From assembly GCA_965227955.1 (NCBI GenBank), contig OZ245784.1, positions 2,206,031 through 2,270,030 on the forward strand: a stretch of DNA of 64,000 bases, in the 5' to 3' direction. Position 1 is the first letter of the stretch. Each line of letters begins with the position of its first letter. The translations under genes and the position numbers were made by a program. This DNA is from Halioglobus sp. GTDB lineage: Bacteria; Pseudomonadota; Gammaproteobacteria; Pseudomonadales; Halieaceae. The notes under the pieces are model-generated. The model ran no database searches and had not been told where the DNA came from. It worked only from the letters and a program-made list of their open reading frames with translations. Below are positions 12,093 through 23,007 of the stretch, piece after piece.

Positions 12093-13127
12093 TCATCCCC
12101 CTTCCAGCTTGTCGCGGAACCACTCCGCGGTGACCGCCAGGCCCTGGCGCACATCGTGGGTGGGTTCATATCCCAGCAACGCCTGCGCCCTGCCGATATC
12201 AGCCTGCGAGTGGCGCACATCGCCCTCGCGAAAATCGCCGTACTGTGCCTCGATGGAGGCGACCTCGGGGCGAGTCTCCGCGAGCAGCGCGCGAATTGCG
12301 GCGAACAGCTCGTTGAGGCTGGTGCGGCCACCGACCGCCACATTGTATACCTGGTTGCAGGCGCCCGAATCCTCTACCGCCGCCGCCAACAGGTTGGCCT
12401 GCACCGTGTTGTCGATAAAGCAGAAATCGCGGGAGGTCTCGCCGTCACCGTTTATCCGCGGGGACTCGCCGCGACAGAGCGCCTCGAACCAGCGTGGGAT
12501 GACCGCGGCGTAGGCGCCCGCCGGGTCCTGCCTGGGCCCGAAAACGTTGAAGTAGCGCAGACCGATGCACTCGGTGCCGTACGCGCGCGAGAACACGTCC
12601 GCGTACAGTTCGTTGACGTACTTGGTCACTGCGTAGGGAGACAGGGGCCTGCCGATCTCGTCCTCCACCTTGGGGAGGCCGGGGTGGTCGCCGTAGGTCG
12701 ACGACGACGCGGCGTAGACGAAGCGTCGCACACCGGCATCCCGGGAGGCGACGAGCATGTTCAGGAAACCGTCGACGTTGGCGCGGTTGGAGAGGATCGG
12801 GTCGTCCAGCGAACGCGGCACACTGCCCAGCGCCGCCTGGTGCAGGACATAGTCCGCGCCGTCGACGACTGCGCGGCAGCCGTCCAGCTCGCAGATATCG
12901 CCCTCGTGAAAGTCGAAACGCGCCCAATGCTCCGGCTCCAGCCCGGCGCGCACATCCTCCAGGTTGTGGCGGTAGCCGGTGGCGAAGTTGTCCAGTCCGA
13001 CCACGGACTGGCCGAGACGCAGCAGCCTGTCCACCAGGTGCGACCCGATGAAGCCGGCGGCACCCGTGACCACCCACCGGGAAGGCAGCTCGGCGAGCCG
13101 GGATTCCAGTGCCTGAAAGGCTGACAT
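12093..13127 (-). CDS. NAD-dependent nucleotide-sugar 4-epimerase (TviC/WbpP-like)
   Basis: Motifs [11 protein letters not shown] and SSSTYG, plus YxxxK (PYAVTKY). It sits 6 nt upstream of the dehydrogenase. Confidence 0.9.
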   Translation of the reverse strand: MSAFQALESRLAELPSRWVVTGAAGFIGSHLVDRLLRLGQSVVGLDNFATGYRHNLEDVRAGLEPEHWARFDFHEGDICELDGCRAVVDGADYVLHQAALGSVPRSLDDPILSNRANVDGFLNMLVASRDAGVRRFVYAASSSTYGDHPGLPKVEDEIGRPLSPYAVTKYVNELYADVFSRAYGTECIGLRYFNVFGPRQDPAGAYAAVIPRWFEALCRGESPRINGDGETSRDFCFIDNTVQANLLAAAVEDSGACNQVYNVAVGGRTSLNELFAAIRALLAETRPEVASIEAQYGDFREGDVRHSQADIGRAQALLGYEPTHDVRQGLAVTAEWFRDKLEGG

Positions 13128-13286
13128 AAGAGGCAGATTAATTCCTTACAACAGGTCCCGCGGGGCAGGTTTCTTATTTTGTGCGGCGCATCGCACTTAT
13201 CCGTTGCCGGCATTTACACTAATGAGGCCAGAGTATAGTGTTTCTCCAATGACACCGCTATCGCGGAACGTGACCTGGGGCACGCT

Positions 13287-15434
13287 TTGGAAAGTTCGGG
13301 ACTGGAGATACAGGACAGTATCCTCGGCAATATCGGCTTGTACAGCTACGGTACTGCCCTGCTCGCCTATGCGCTCCTTGTAGGCCTCGCGCTCGTCACC
13401 CGCCGCAACAACCCCCTCGGTATATCCATAGTCGTCGCCAGCTTTTTGACCGCCGCCTGGGCGGGCACGGTCACCCTGTCCGGACTCCTCATCGAACCGC
13501 GGCCGGGCCTGATACAGGTCGCCGAGCTGGGGCGCAACGCCGGCTGGATTTTCGTGCTGCTCAAGTTTATCGAACTGCGCCTGGAGGGCGGCGGGCACCC
13601 CGCGGCGACGCTGCGCTGGCTGCCGCTGTTCGGCGCCGGCTGTGCTATCACTCTCGCACTCCTGCTCGTGGCGGGCCCCTTTGCGGGGGCGCTCGGGCTG
13701 AGCATGGAGACCTCCGCCAACATCGCGTTCAGCACCTGGCTCGCCCTCTCGGTCCTCGGCCTGCTGCTGCTTGAGCAGTGCTTTCGCAACAGCAACGAGG
13801 GCGAACTATGGAGCACCAAGCACCTCTGCCTGGCGCTCGGCATCCTGTTCGCCTACGACTTTTTCATGTACGCCGAGGCGCTGCTGTTCCGGCACCTCGA
13901 CCGCAACCTCTGGCAGGCGCGCGGCGTGGTGATCACCATGGCCGCCATCCTCATGGCGGTCAGTATCCGTCGCGCCGAGCGCAGTGAAGATATCGCCAAC
14001 AGCCGCAGTATTTATCTCTCCCGCCATGTCGCGTTCCACTCGCTGACCCTGCTCGCGTCCGGCATCTACCTGATCGCCATGGCGCTGGCGGCCTACTTCA
14101 TCCGCTACCTGGGCGGCAGCTGGGGCGGCGTACTGCAGATCGCCTTCCTCTGCGGGGCGGGTCTAACCCTGGTGGTCCTGCTGTTCTCGGGCCAGATTCG
14201 CGCCCGCGCCAGGGTGTGGCTGAGCAAGAATTTTTTCTCCTACAAGTACGACTACCGCACCGAGTGGCTGGAGTTCACGCAGACTCTGGCCGGCGGCGAC
14301 GCGGATGTACCACAGAACATCACGCGCGCCATCGCCAACCTGGCGAAGAGCCCCGCGGGCATACTCTGGGGCCGGACTGAGGGCAGCCATTTCACCACGC
14401 TGGCACATCTCGAAATGCCCCACCCCGGGACGGACGTCGACCTCGGCAGCCTGCCGCGCTGGCTGCAGGAACACGAGTGGATCATCGACCTCGAGGAGTG
14501 GCGCACCGCGCCCGACGTCTACAGCAATCTTGAGATACCGCGGTCGCTGACGGAGGTCTCCCGCGCCTGGCTCATCATCCCGCTGCTCTTCGGCGAACGC
14601 CTGCAGGGAATCCTGTTGTTGCGCGAATCGGAACTGTTGCAGGAACTCAACTGGGAGGACCGCGACCTGCTGAAAGTCGCCGGCCGCCAGGCCGCCAGTC
14701 ACCTGGCGCAGTACCAGGCCGACCAAGCCCTGGTGGAGTCGCGCCAGTTCGAGGCGTTCAACCGCCTGTCCGCCTATGTGATCCACGATCTCAAGAACAT
14801 TCTCGCGCAACTCTCCCTGATGGTGTCGAACGCCGAGAAACACAAGCACAACCCGGACTTTGTCGAAGACATGGTGGGCACCGTGAGCAACGCGGTAAAC
14901 CGCATGAGCAAGCTCATGGCGCAGCTGCGCAGTGACATCGGGGAGGAAGCGCGACAGGATTTCGAGCTGGCCGCACTGCTCGGCGAGGTGGTCGCCGAAG
15001 CGGCGCTCCGAGATCCGCCGCCACAGTACGCACCCCCGCCGGTCCAGCTACGGGTGAACTGTGACCGCGATCGGCTGCACGCCGTCTTCGGTCACCTCAT
15101 ACACAACGCCCAGGACGCCACCGGCAAGCACGGTGTGGTTGCAGTCAGGCTGCGGCAAATGGGCGACAGTGCCGTGGTGGACATCGAGGACGACGGCGAG
15201 GGCATGGACGAGGAGTTCATCCAGCACCGCCTGTTCAAGCCCTTCGATTCCACCAAAGGGCTCACGGGCATGGGCATTGGCGCCTTCGAGAGCCGCGATT
15301 TCGTGCGCAGCGTGAACGGCGACATCAGCGTGCAGAGCACCCCCGGCCGGGGCTCGCTGTTCAGCGTTCGCCTGCCGGCCACGCCCGGCCCCGCCGCCGA
15401 GAGCAGAACACTGGTTGAGGATGCACAGACGTGA
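13287..15434 (+). CDS. prsK: XrtA/PEP-CTERM system sensor histidine kinase PrsK
   Basis: Multi-TM N-terminal half and a GAF-like middle region. H-box HDLKNILAQLSLM. ATPase boxes DDGEGMD and GMGIGAF. Overlaps prsR. TTG start, so the start is uncertain. Confidence 0.85.
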   Translation: MESSGLEIQDSILGNIGLYSYGTALLAYALLVGLALVTRRNNPLGISIVVASFLTAAWAGTVTLSGLLIEPRPGLIQVAELGRNAGWIFVLLKFIELRLEGGGHPAATLRWLPLFGAGCAITLALLLVAGPFAGALGLSMETSANIAFSTWLALSVLGLLLLEQCFRNSNEGELWSTKHLCLALGILFAYDFFMYAEALLFRHLDRNLWQARGVVITMAAILMAVSIRRAERSEDIANSRSIYLSRHVAFHSLTLLASGIYLIAMALAAYFIRYLGGSWGGVLQIAFLCGAGLTLVVLLFSGQIRARARVWLSKNFFSYKYDYRTEWLEFTQTLAGGDADVPQNITRAIANLAKSPAGILWGRTEGSHFTTLAHLEMPHPGTDVDLGSLPRWLQEHEWIIDLEEWRTAPDVYSNLEIPRSLTEVSRAWLIIPLLFGERLQGILLLRESELLQELNWEDRDLLKVAGRQAASHLAQYQADQALVESRQFEAFNRLSAYVIHDLKNILAQLSLMVSNAEKHKHNPDFVEDMVGTVSNAVNRMSKLMAQLRSDIGEEARQDFELAALLGEVVAEAALRDPPPQYAPPPVQLRVNCDRDRLHAVFGHLIHNAQDATGKHGVVAVRLRQMGDSAVVDIEDDGEGMDEEFIQHRLFKPFDSTKGLTGMGIGAFESRDFVRSVNGDISVQSTPGRGSLFSVRLPATPGPAAESRTLVEDAQT

Positions 15435-16786
15435 AGAACGATAAAAAACACCTGCTCGTCGTCGAGGACGACAAGGGGCTGCAGAGCCAGCTGCGCTGGG
15501 CCTTCGAAAACTTCGAGGTGGAGATCGGCGGCGACCGCACGGAGGCGATCAACCAGTTCCGCCGTATCCACCCGGGGGTCGTTCTGCTGGACCTCGGGCT
15601 GCCACCCGATCCGGGGGGCGTCACCGAGGGCCTGGCCACCCTCAGCGAGATCCTGGCGCTGGCACCTGAAACCAAGGTCATCATCGTCACCGGCGACAAC
15701 GATCGCGCCAACGCGGTGAAAGCCATCGCGATGGGCGCCTACGACTTTCACCAGAAACCGGCGGATCCCGAGATCCTGTCGCTTCTCGTCAACCGCGCAC
15801 AGCATGTCTACGAGCTGGAACGGGAGAATCGCCGCTTGCAGCAGGGCGACGAGAACATGCCCCTGCGCGGCATCATCACCGCCAGCCCGCAGATGCTCAA
15901 GGTCTGCCGAACAATCGAGAAAATCGCCCCGTCGGATATCACCACCCTGCTGTTGGGCGCGAGCGGCACCGGCAAGGAGCGCTGCGCACAGGCCCTGCAC
16001 GACCTGAGCCCGCGGGCCGAGGGTCCGCTGATCGCCATCAACTGCGCCGCGATCCCGGAGAATCTCCTGGAGAGTGAACTCTTCGGGTACGAGAAAGGCG
16101 CTTTCACCGGCGCGGCGAAGCAGACTCCCGGCAAGATCGAGTACGCCGACGGGGGCACGTTGTTCCTCGACGAGATTGGCGACCTGCCCATGGAATTGCA
16201 GGCCAAGCTGCTGCGCTTCCTGCAGGAGCGGGTGGTGGAGCGCATCGGGGGCCGCAAGGAAATCCCGGTCGATGTGCGCATACTGTGCGCGACACACCAG
16301 GACCTGCAGGCGCTCATCGAGAAGGGTCTCTTCCGCGAGGACCTCTACTACCGGATCAGCGAGATCGTTATCGAGATACCGCCGCTTCGCGAACGCGAGG
16401 GCGACGTCCTGGTCCTGGCGAAGTCTTTTCTCAACAGCCTGGGGAACGAATACAACAGCTCGGTCAAGGATTTTTCCGCCGAGGCCATCGCCGCCATGGA
16501 GGCCCATGACTGGCCCGGAAACGTGCGCGAACTCGAAAGCAAGGTGAAACGCGGGGTCATCATGGCGGACGGCAGCCAGATCGGCCCCGAGGACATGGAG
16601 CTCGCCGAGACCTCCGAGGAGCCGATGCCGCTGAACCTCAAGGAGGTCCGCGAGAACGCCGAGCGGCGCGCGGTGATCAGGGCGATGAACCATTGCAACC
16701 AGAACATCACCGAGGCCGCCAACGTGTTGGGCATCACCCGGCCCACCCTTTACAACCTGCTCGAGAGGCTCGGCCTCAAAAGCTGA
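15431..16786 (+). CDS. prsR: PEP-CTERM-box sigma-54-dependent response regulator PrsR
   Basis: Receiver domain (LLVVEDD, VVLLDLGLPPD). AAA+ domain with Walker A GASGTGKE and the GAFTGA sigma-54 contact loop. C-terminal Fis-type HTH (ITEAANVLGITRPTLYNLL). GTGA overlap with prsK. Confidence 0.9.
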   Translation: MKNDKKHLLVVEDDKGLQSQLRWAFENFEVEIGGDRTEAINQFRRIHPGVVLLDLGLPPDPGGVTEGLATLSEILALAPETKVIIVTGDNDRANAVKAIAMGAYDFHQKPADPEILSLLVNRAQHVYELERENRRLQQGDENMPLRGIITASPQMLKVCRTIEKIAPSDITTLLLGASGTGKERCAQALHDLSPRAEGPLIAINCAAIPENLLESELFGYEKGAFTGAAKQTPGKIEYADGGTLFLDEIGDLPMELQAKLLRFLQERVVERIGGRKEIPVDVRILCATHQDLQALIEKGLFREDLYYRISEIVIEIPPLREREGDVLVLAKSFLNSLGNEYNSSVKDFSAEAIAAMEAHDWPGNVRELESKVKRGVIMADGSQIGPEDMELAETSEEPMPLNLKEVRENAERRAVIRAMNHCNQNITEAANVLGITRPTLYNLLERLGLKS

Positions 16787-16791
16787 GCGGG

Positions 16792-19563
16792 TTACTGCAG
16801 GCTCTTCAGCAACGCTTCCGCCTTCTTGCGCCCGGCAAACTCCGCGTCGCTGGCCAGCACCGCCGACAGCGAAGCCACCGCCCCCTCGCGCTGGCCCCGC
16901 GCCGCGAGTATGCGCGCCTCGTGGTAGCGCAGGTCCGGATTGTCGGGGTCGATGCCCAGTGCCCGCTCCAGCGTTCGCTGCGCCGCCATGGTGAGGCCGT
17001 TTTCAAGCTGCGCCATGGCCAGTGTATCCAGGACTGCGACGGAGTCCGGTGACAGCGCCTGCGCCCGCTCGGCATAGGCAAGTGCCTGCGCGGGGTCCTG
17101 TCCCAGCAGGTGCCAGGCGAGGTTGTTGAGCGCCACCACATTGTCGCTGTCTATCTGCACGATTTTCATGTACTCGGCCACGACCTTGTCGCGCTGGCGG
17201 CTCTCCCGGTAGAGTTCCGCGAGCGCCTCGCGCGCCTTGATGTCCTGGTCGTGCTCCTTCAGCCATTTCTCCAGCTGTCGAATGGCCTGGCCGGTCTTGC
17301 CAATCTGGTGCCAGTGATTGGCCAGGCCGATCGCGTTGGCCGTCGTGGGCGATTGCTGAAAGAGTATGCCCAGCAGATAGCCCGCGTAGCGATTGTCGCC
17401 CTTCATGCGCGCCGCAGTGGCTTCGAGCTGGATCACGTCCGGATTTTCCGGCGCCACTTCCTTGAGTTCCGCCATGCGCTTCGCGAACAGGTCACCGCGG
17501 CCCCTGAGCAGTGCCAGCCTGGCCATCGCTATGCGCGCGTAGAAATGATCGGGGTCCAGTTCAACGGCGCGCTCCAGCTCCGGCAACAGGTGTTCCGTGT
17601 CGCCGAGGCCGGCGTAGGCCTTCGCGCGCAGGTAGTGGTACTGGCTGATGCCGGGTCGAAGCTGGACCAGGCGCTCCAGCGTGCGCAGGGCCTGGTGGTA
17701 GCGACTGCCGGCGAGCTGGAAACTGGCGAGCGTGGCGAGCACGTCCGGCTGGTCCCTCTGCAGGCGGGAGAGACTGTCGAGAACCGGCTCGGCCTCTTCC
17801 AGCTGCCCCTTGGCTATGTAGTAGCGCGCCAGCACCAGGCGCGGCTCGGTGGCCTCCGGATGGGTATCGATGGCCAGTGCGAGGCGTTCCAGCATCTCTG
17901 TCTCCCGACCCTCCAGGGCGTAGGCCGCCGCGAAATCGAGCTGGGTCGACAGGCGCTCTGGATGATACTTGAGCACGTGGCGATACTGCTTGCGCGCGGC
18001 ACTGTACTGCCCGCGCTGCAGGGCGATCTCCGCCAGCCCGTGCCGCGACGCCGGATCGGCGGGATTGATCTCCAGCGACTTGTTGAAGGCATCGCGGGCC
18101 TCGTCGAGATTTCCGTTGGCCAGGTGCGCGCGCCCGAGCAGGTTGTAGGAGGCCGAGCTTCCGGGGTTGCGGTCGCGATAGCGCAGCGCCGCCTCCAGCG
18201 CCTCCTCCGGCTGGTCGTTGCTGAGAAAGTTGACCACCAGCAGTATGTCCGCCTGCTCGAACTTCGGGTTGGTGACGATGGCGTCCTCGAGTGCGGCGAC
18301 CGCGGAGTCGACCTCCCCGGCCGCGATATAGCCGGCGCCCAGCCGCGCCTTCGCACCGGCACTTTCCGGTTGCAGCTCGACAATCTTGAGCAGCAGCTCG
18401 ACGCCCTCCCCGCCCCGCCCCTGGGCGAGAATGGCGCTGGCCATGAGGTTCAGCGCCTCGATATCGTTGGGGTAGACCTCGAGTACGGGCTGCAGCAGGG
18501 TCTCCGCCGAGTGATATCCCCCCAGTTCCAGCTCCAGGCGCGCGGCGAGCTTGGGCCCGACAATACTCTCCGGGGCCAGGGCCAGGAAGCGGTACACCTC
18601 CGTCAGCGCCCGTTCGAGGGTGCCCTCTTGCAGGTCGATGACGGCCATGTAGTAGTAGGCCAGCGGGTAGGCGTAGGTGAAGTCCACGGTTTTCTCGAAG
18701 GCCTTGCGCGCCGGCGTGTGATTCCCCGACTGCATCAGCGCAATGCCCTCCGCGAAACTCACGCCGGGGTGGGTCTTGGCGGCGCGCCCGTGAATCCTGT
18801 TCAGGGCCTTCAGGTCTTCCCGCGCACCCTTGAAGTCCTGTTGGTAGATCCGCATCATCGCGCGGTTCAGGCGCGCGTCGAAGGCGTTGTTGTTGAGTTT
18901 CAGCACCTGGCTATAGGCCTGTTCCGCCTTCTTCGTCTTGCGCTGTGCCGCGTCGATATCGCCGACCAGGTTCCACGCCGGCGCGTAGTTGCGGTTTTCC
19001 GCGATGATCTCCTGCAGCTGCTTGCGCGCGAGATCGAAATCCTCCCTGGCCATGGACAGGCGTGCCGCCGCGACCCGGGCGTAGAGGGAAATCTCTCCCG
19101 TCGCGACGGCGGTCTGCAGCAGGTCCTCCGCGACCACCACGTCGCCCTGGTAGAGAATGGCCAGCCCCTTCGCGGCCAGGGTGGTGGAACGCGCCTCGTC
19201 GTCCAGCCCGTCGACCTCGAGGTCGTCGAGCCGGTCGAAGTCACCGATGTGCAGGAGTGTCTGTGCCAGGATGGGCACCACCAGGGAGCGATCGACCGCG
19301 GCGCCCGCCTCCAGCGCCCTGCTCAACTCCTTGTCGGCCCCGTCGTAGTCGCCCAGCTTGTAGTAGGCCTTGCCGAGCAGCGCGCGCGCCTCGACCTGAT
19401 GGACGTCCTTGTTCAGGGCCATCTTGAACTCGACCACGGCCGCCCGGAACTGCTCCCCCTCCAGGAGCGCCTTGCCGTCGGCCAGGTGTTCCTCGCTGGT
19501 GACGCTGTCGCCGCAGGCTGCCAGGAGGCAGGAGAGCACAAGGAGGCGGATGAAACGACTCAT
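16792..19563 (-). CDS. prsT: PEP-CTERM system TPR-repeat lipoprotein PrsT
   Basis: Lipobox LLAAC. About 900 aa made almost entirely of TPR repeats. It is convergent with prsR, with a 5-nt gap. Confidence 0.85.
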   Translation of the reverse strand: MSRFIRLLVLSCLLAACGDSVTSEEHLADGKALLEGEQFRAAVVEFKMALNKDVHQVEARALLGKAYYKLGDYDGADKELSRALEAGAAVDRSLVVPILAQTLLHIGDFDRLDDLEVDGLDDEARSTTLAAKGLAILYQGDVVVAEDLLQTAVATGEISLYARVAAARLSMAREDFDLARKQLQEIIAENRNYAPAWNLVGDIDAAQRKTKKAEQAYSQVLKLNNNAFDARLNRAMMRIYQQDFKGAREDLKALNRIHGRAAKTHPGVSFAEGIALMQSGNHTPARKAFEKTVDFTYAYPLAYYYMAVIDLQEGTLERALTEVYRFLALAPESIVGPKLAARLELELGGYHSAETLLQPVLEVYPNDIEALNLMASAILAQGRGGEGVELLLKIVELQPESAGAKARLGAGYIAAGEVDSAVAALEDAIVTNPKFEQADILLVVNFLSNDQPEEALEAALRYRDRNPGSSASYNLLGRAHLANGNLDEARDAFNKSLEINPADPASRHGLAEIALQRGQYSAARKQYRHVLKYHPERLSTQLDFAAAYALEGRETEMLERLALAIDTHPEATEPRLVLARYYIAKGQLEEAEPVLDSLSRLQRDQPDVLATLASFQLAGSRYHQALRTLERLVQLRPGISQYHYLRAKAYAGLGDTEHLLPELERAVELDPDHFYARIAMARLALLRGRGDLFAKRMAELKEVAPENPDVIQLEATAARMKGDNRYAGYLLGILFQQSPTTANAIGLANHWHQIGKTGQAIRQLEKWLKEHDQDIKAREALAELYRESRQRDKVVAEYMKIVQIDSDNVVALNNLAWHLLGQDPAQALAYAERAQALSPDSVAVLDTLAMAQLENGLTMAAQRTLERALGIDPDNPDLRYHEARILAARGQREGAVASLSAVLASDAEFAGRKKAEALLKSLQ

Positions 19564-19706
19564 ACCAATTTTACGATTGCCGTGGCGCTGCCGGGGCAGC
19601 GAATGCCGGGAATTCTACTTTTCGCTACATTATCCACCCCCGGCGGGGGCTGGGCAATTGCGCGGGGGCAAAAAGCGCGGCGGGAAAACGCGCGGGGTTG
19701 GCGGGC

Positions 19707-20243
19707 TCAGACGGCCATGCGCAGGGCGTCGCTGTCCCCCAGGTACGCGACCGACAGGTAGTGCTCCAGGCCGGCGAAGGCGCCCTGGGCGCAATGTGGC
19801 ACCGGGCGGTGAATCGTGAAATCCACGCCGAGGGCCGTGTGGCAACGCCGGTAGAAGCGGGCATTGCGCAATGAACTGAGCACCATGGCCTGCCGGAAGC
19901 CCGCGTCCCTGGAGGCGCCGATCAGGTGGGCGAGAAAGTCCCGCATCATCTGCAGGGTGCGGACCCGGGGGTCGATGACGAAGCGCTCCCACATGCAGCA
20001 GGACTCCCCCGCCAGTTCCAGCGCGTCCACCTGGCTGGGCAGGGACACCCGCGGGGAGATCCGCACACCGCCGACACACTCACCCTCGAACAGGGCCAGC
20101 ATGATGGTGCCGTGCAGGTCCGACTCCTCCTCGGAGCCGTCGAAATCGGGCAGTTCCAGTTCTCGTCGATAACAGCCTTCGCGCAGGGCGTAGTATTGAT
20201 CCAGTGTGTTGGGGTTACTGCAGACTTCAAACTCGACCGACAA
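19707..20243 (-). CDS. GNAT-fold N-acyltransferase (possibly a short FeeM/LuxI-like N-acyl amino acid synthase)
   Basis: 178-aa ORF with TTG start. Segments YYALREGCYRRELELP, LFEGECVGGVRIS and CCMWERFVIDP resemble the acyl-CoA/ACP N-acyltransferase core. The assignment is weak. It is preceded by a strong sigma-54 promoter match. Confidence 0.5.
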   Translation of the reverse strand: MSVEFEVCSNPNTLDQYYALREGCYRRELELPDFDGSEEESDLHGTIMLALFEGECVGGVRISPRVSLPSQVDALELAGESCCMWERFVIDPRVRTLQMMRDFLAHLIGASRDAGFRQAMVLSSLRNARFYRRCHTALGVDFTIHRPVPHCAQGAFAGLEHYLSVAYLGDSDALRMAV

Positions 20244-20302
20244 CGCTCTTTACCTCGAATGGCTATTACGCCGATCCCTGTAAGGCTCGACGGGAATAAA
20301 CT

Positions 20303-20318
20303 CGCAAGTTGCGTACCA
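20303..20318 (-). promoter_or_regulatory. Candidate sigma-54 promoter TGGTACGCAACTTGCG
   Basis: Near-consensus TGGYAC-N5-TTGC read on the minus strand, about 60 nt upstream of the GNAT start. It would also read through to prsT. Confidence 0.6.
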
Positions 20319-20655
20319 CTCCCGGCTATATCTATGAAATTCATAAAGTTACGAATACAAGATCACGCGATACCGAGAAATCGTGGGAAAATACCGATAA
20401 TATTTCGCGATTTTGTGGAAAATTTGCGACGAGATTAGCAGCGAAAACAAACTAGTACTTAGAAATCAAAGAGTTGGATTGTCGCCAATTTGCGACAAGT
20501 CGAAAAAACCTGCCCCTGTAGGTCACTCCGCGGTGCCCGGTGAATCCGCCGCGGCCACGTGCGTGCCGCCGCGTTTGACATGGCTGCGGGAAAGCCCGAC
20601 ATTACTTGCGGGACACGCGGCGTGGCACTTTTCGGGCCGGGGACGACAGCGATCG

Positions 20656-23007
20656 ATGGCGGGCAAGCGGGACCTGACAGCACTGATCATGCGCCACCCC
20701 CTGGCGATGCTGGTACTCGGCCTCGCCGTCGTCTGCGCCCTGGGCTCCGGCGCGGGGCGCCTCTACCTCGAGTCCGGCATCGACATCTTCTTCGCCGACG
20801 ACGACCCCTACCTGCTGGCGGAGCAGCACCTCAAGGACACGTACGGCCGCGAGGACAACATCCTGTTCGTGGTGGACACGGGCGATTCCGGCGTGTTCAG
20901 CCGGGACACCCTGGTGGCACTGGAGCGGCTCGCCGGGCGCGCCTGGCAGATGCCCTCGGCCCGACGGGTGGACTCCATCACCAACTATCTCTATCCCACG
21001 GTCGACGGCGACGACATCCGCATCGATCCCCTGGTCGAGGGTGCCGCGACGCTGTCGGCTACCGACATCGAGCGCATAGCCCGCATCGCGCGGGGAGAAA
21101 AAGCGCTCGTAGGCCGCCTGCTCGGTCCCGGCGCGGACGTGGTCGCGGTCAACGTCAGCCTCCTGCTGCCGTCGGAGGACACACCCGCGGCCATCGCCGC
21201 GGCCGTGGGGTTCGCCCGGGAGCTTGTGCGGGAGACCGAGGCGGAACACCCGGACCTGCGTATTCACCTCGCCGGCTGGGCGGTGACGGAGCAGACCCTC
21301 GCCGAGGTGACCGCGCAGGATTCCGCGACCCTCATGCCGGTGCTGTTCGCGCTGGTCATGGTGCTGCTGGCACTGCTGCTGCGCTCCGTGCTCGCAGCCC
21401 TGCTGACAGCCCTGGTCATCGCGCTCAGTGTGGCGACCGGCCTCGGCTACGCGGGCTGGGCGGGCACCGGACTGAACAGCGTGAGCATCTCGGCGCCGAC
21501 TATCATTCTCACTCTCGCCATCGCCGACTGTATCCACGTGCTGACCGCCTTCCTGCGGCAGTTGAGGACAGAACCGGACCGTCGCGCGGCCATGGCGCAC
21601 GCGCTGCGCGAAACGCTGTACCCTGTGACCCTCACCAGCGTGACCACCGCGCTGGGCTTCCTCAGCATGAATTTCAGCGAGTCGCCGCCTTTCCGCGACC
21701 TCGGCACCATCGCCGCGGTCGGTGTGATGGGTGCCCTGTGGGTGACCGTGACCATTCTCCCGGGCCTCGTCCTTGCGCTGCCGTTCCGCGCCGCGCGAGG
21801 TGCGCGCACCGGCCTGCCAATGGACGGCTTCGCACGCCTTGTGGTGCGACATCAGCGCACGCTGTTCTGGGCGAGCCTCGGGGTCATTCTCCTGGCGGTG
21901 GCGGGCCTGTCCAGGATAGAGCTCAACGACGACCCGGCGGGTTATTTCGACGCCGACGTCCCCCTCACCGGGACCATGGATATCGTCGAGAACCGCCTGT
22001 CCGGCACCCAGGTACTGCACTACTCCCTCCCCGCCGGCGGCGCGGGGGCGATAGCGGAACCGGCGTTCCTGGCCCAGGTGGAACAGTTCGCCGCCTGGCT
22101 GCGCGCGCAGCCGGAAGTGGCCAACGTCGAGGTGTTCACGGAGACCCTGAAACGCCTGAACGAGGTCATGCACGAGGGCGACCCGGCCTGGCACCGCCTT
22201 CCCGAGAGCCGCGAGCTGGCCGCGCAGTACACGCTTCTCTACGAGATTTCCGTGCCCTACGGGCAGGATGTCACCCACCAGGTGAGCGCCGACAAGTCCG
22301 CGCTGAAACTCAGCGCGACACTCAGGAACCAGCAGTCGCGCGGTATCGTCGCCTTCGACCACCGCGCGCAGGCCTGGATGGCCGCCAATACGCCGGCGCT
22401 GTCCGCCCAGGGCGCCGGCCAGTCCATCAGCTTCGCCAACGTGGGGCTGCGCAATATCCAGAGCATGCTCGCGGGCTCGCTGGTCGCCGTGCTGCTCATC
22501 TCAGGTTGCCTGGTGCTCGCCTTCCGCTCCCTGCGTTTCGGCCTGGTCAGCTTTATTCCCAACCTGTTCCCGGCCTTTGTCACGCTGGGCCTCTGGGGCT
22601 GGCTGGTGGGCGAGGTCAACATCGCCGCGTCGGTGGTGTTCAGCCTGACTCTGGGCATCATCGTCGACGACACCACCCACTTCCTGGTCAGGTACCTGCA
22701 GGGCCGGCGTGACATGGGGCTGGACGCCGCCGCAGCGGTCGCGCACACGTTCAACACTGTGGGCAGCGCGCTGGTGTCGACCTCACTCGTGCTGGCCATC
22801 GGCTTCCTGGCACTTGTACAATCCGATTTTTCCGTCAACGCCACATCGGGCCTGCTGGTCGCGGTCACCATCACCGTTGCCATCGTGCTGGACCTGCTGT
22901 TCCTGCCCACGGTCCTCATGCGGGCGGACCGACTGCTGGTCGGCGGATCGGCGGGCACACCGCGGGACGCAGCGGCGGCCCCCAATGCCCGAGGAACCCG
23001 ACAATGA
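20656..23007 (+). CDS. MMPL/RND-superfamily transporter (HpnN-like lipid exporter type)
   Basis: About 783 aa. Two blocks of about 6 TM helices each, each preceded by a large periplasmic loop. N-terminus HPLAMLVLGLAVVCALGSGAGRLYLESGIDIFF. I take the ATG at 20656 as the start, not the upstream TTG at 20413. Confidence 0.85.
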   Translation: MAGKRDLTALIMRHPLAMLVLGLAVVCALGSGAGRLYLESGIDIFFADDDPYLLAEQHLKDTYGREDNILFVVDTGDSGVFSRDTLVALERLAGRAWQMPSARRVDSITNYLYPTVDGDDIRIDPLVEGAATLSATDIERIARIARGEKALVGRLLGPGADVVAVNVSLLLPSEDTPAAIAAAVGFARELVRETEAEHPDLRIHLAGWAVTEQTLAEVTAQDSATLMPVLFALVMVLLALLLRSVLAALLTALVIALSVATGLGYAGWAGTGLNSVSISAPTIILTLAIADCIHVLTAFLRQLRTEPDRRAAMAHALRETLYPVTLTSVTTALGFLSMNFSESPPFRDLGTIAAVGVMGALWVTVTILPGLVLALPFRAARGARTGLPMDGFARLVVRHQRTLFWASLGVILLAVAGLSRIELNDDPAGYFDADVPLTGTMDIVENRLSGTQVLHYSLPAGGAGAIAEPAFLAQVEQFAAWLRAQPEVANVEVFTETLKRLNEVMHEGDPAWHRLPESRELAAQYTLLYEISVPYGQDVTHQVSADKSALKLSATLRNQQSRGIVAFDHRAQAWMAANTPALSAQGAGQSISFANVGLRNIQSMLAGSLVAVLLISGCLVLAFRSLRFGLVSFIPNLFPAFVTLGLWGWLVGEVNIAASVVFSLTLGIIVDDTTHFLVRYLQGRRDMGLDAAAAVAHTFNTVGSALVSTSLVLAIGFLALVQSDFSVNATSGLLVAVTITVAIVLDLLFLPTVLMRADRLLVGGSAGTPRDAAAAPNARGTRQ

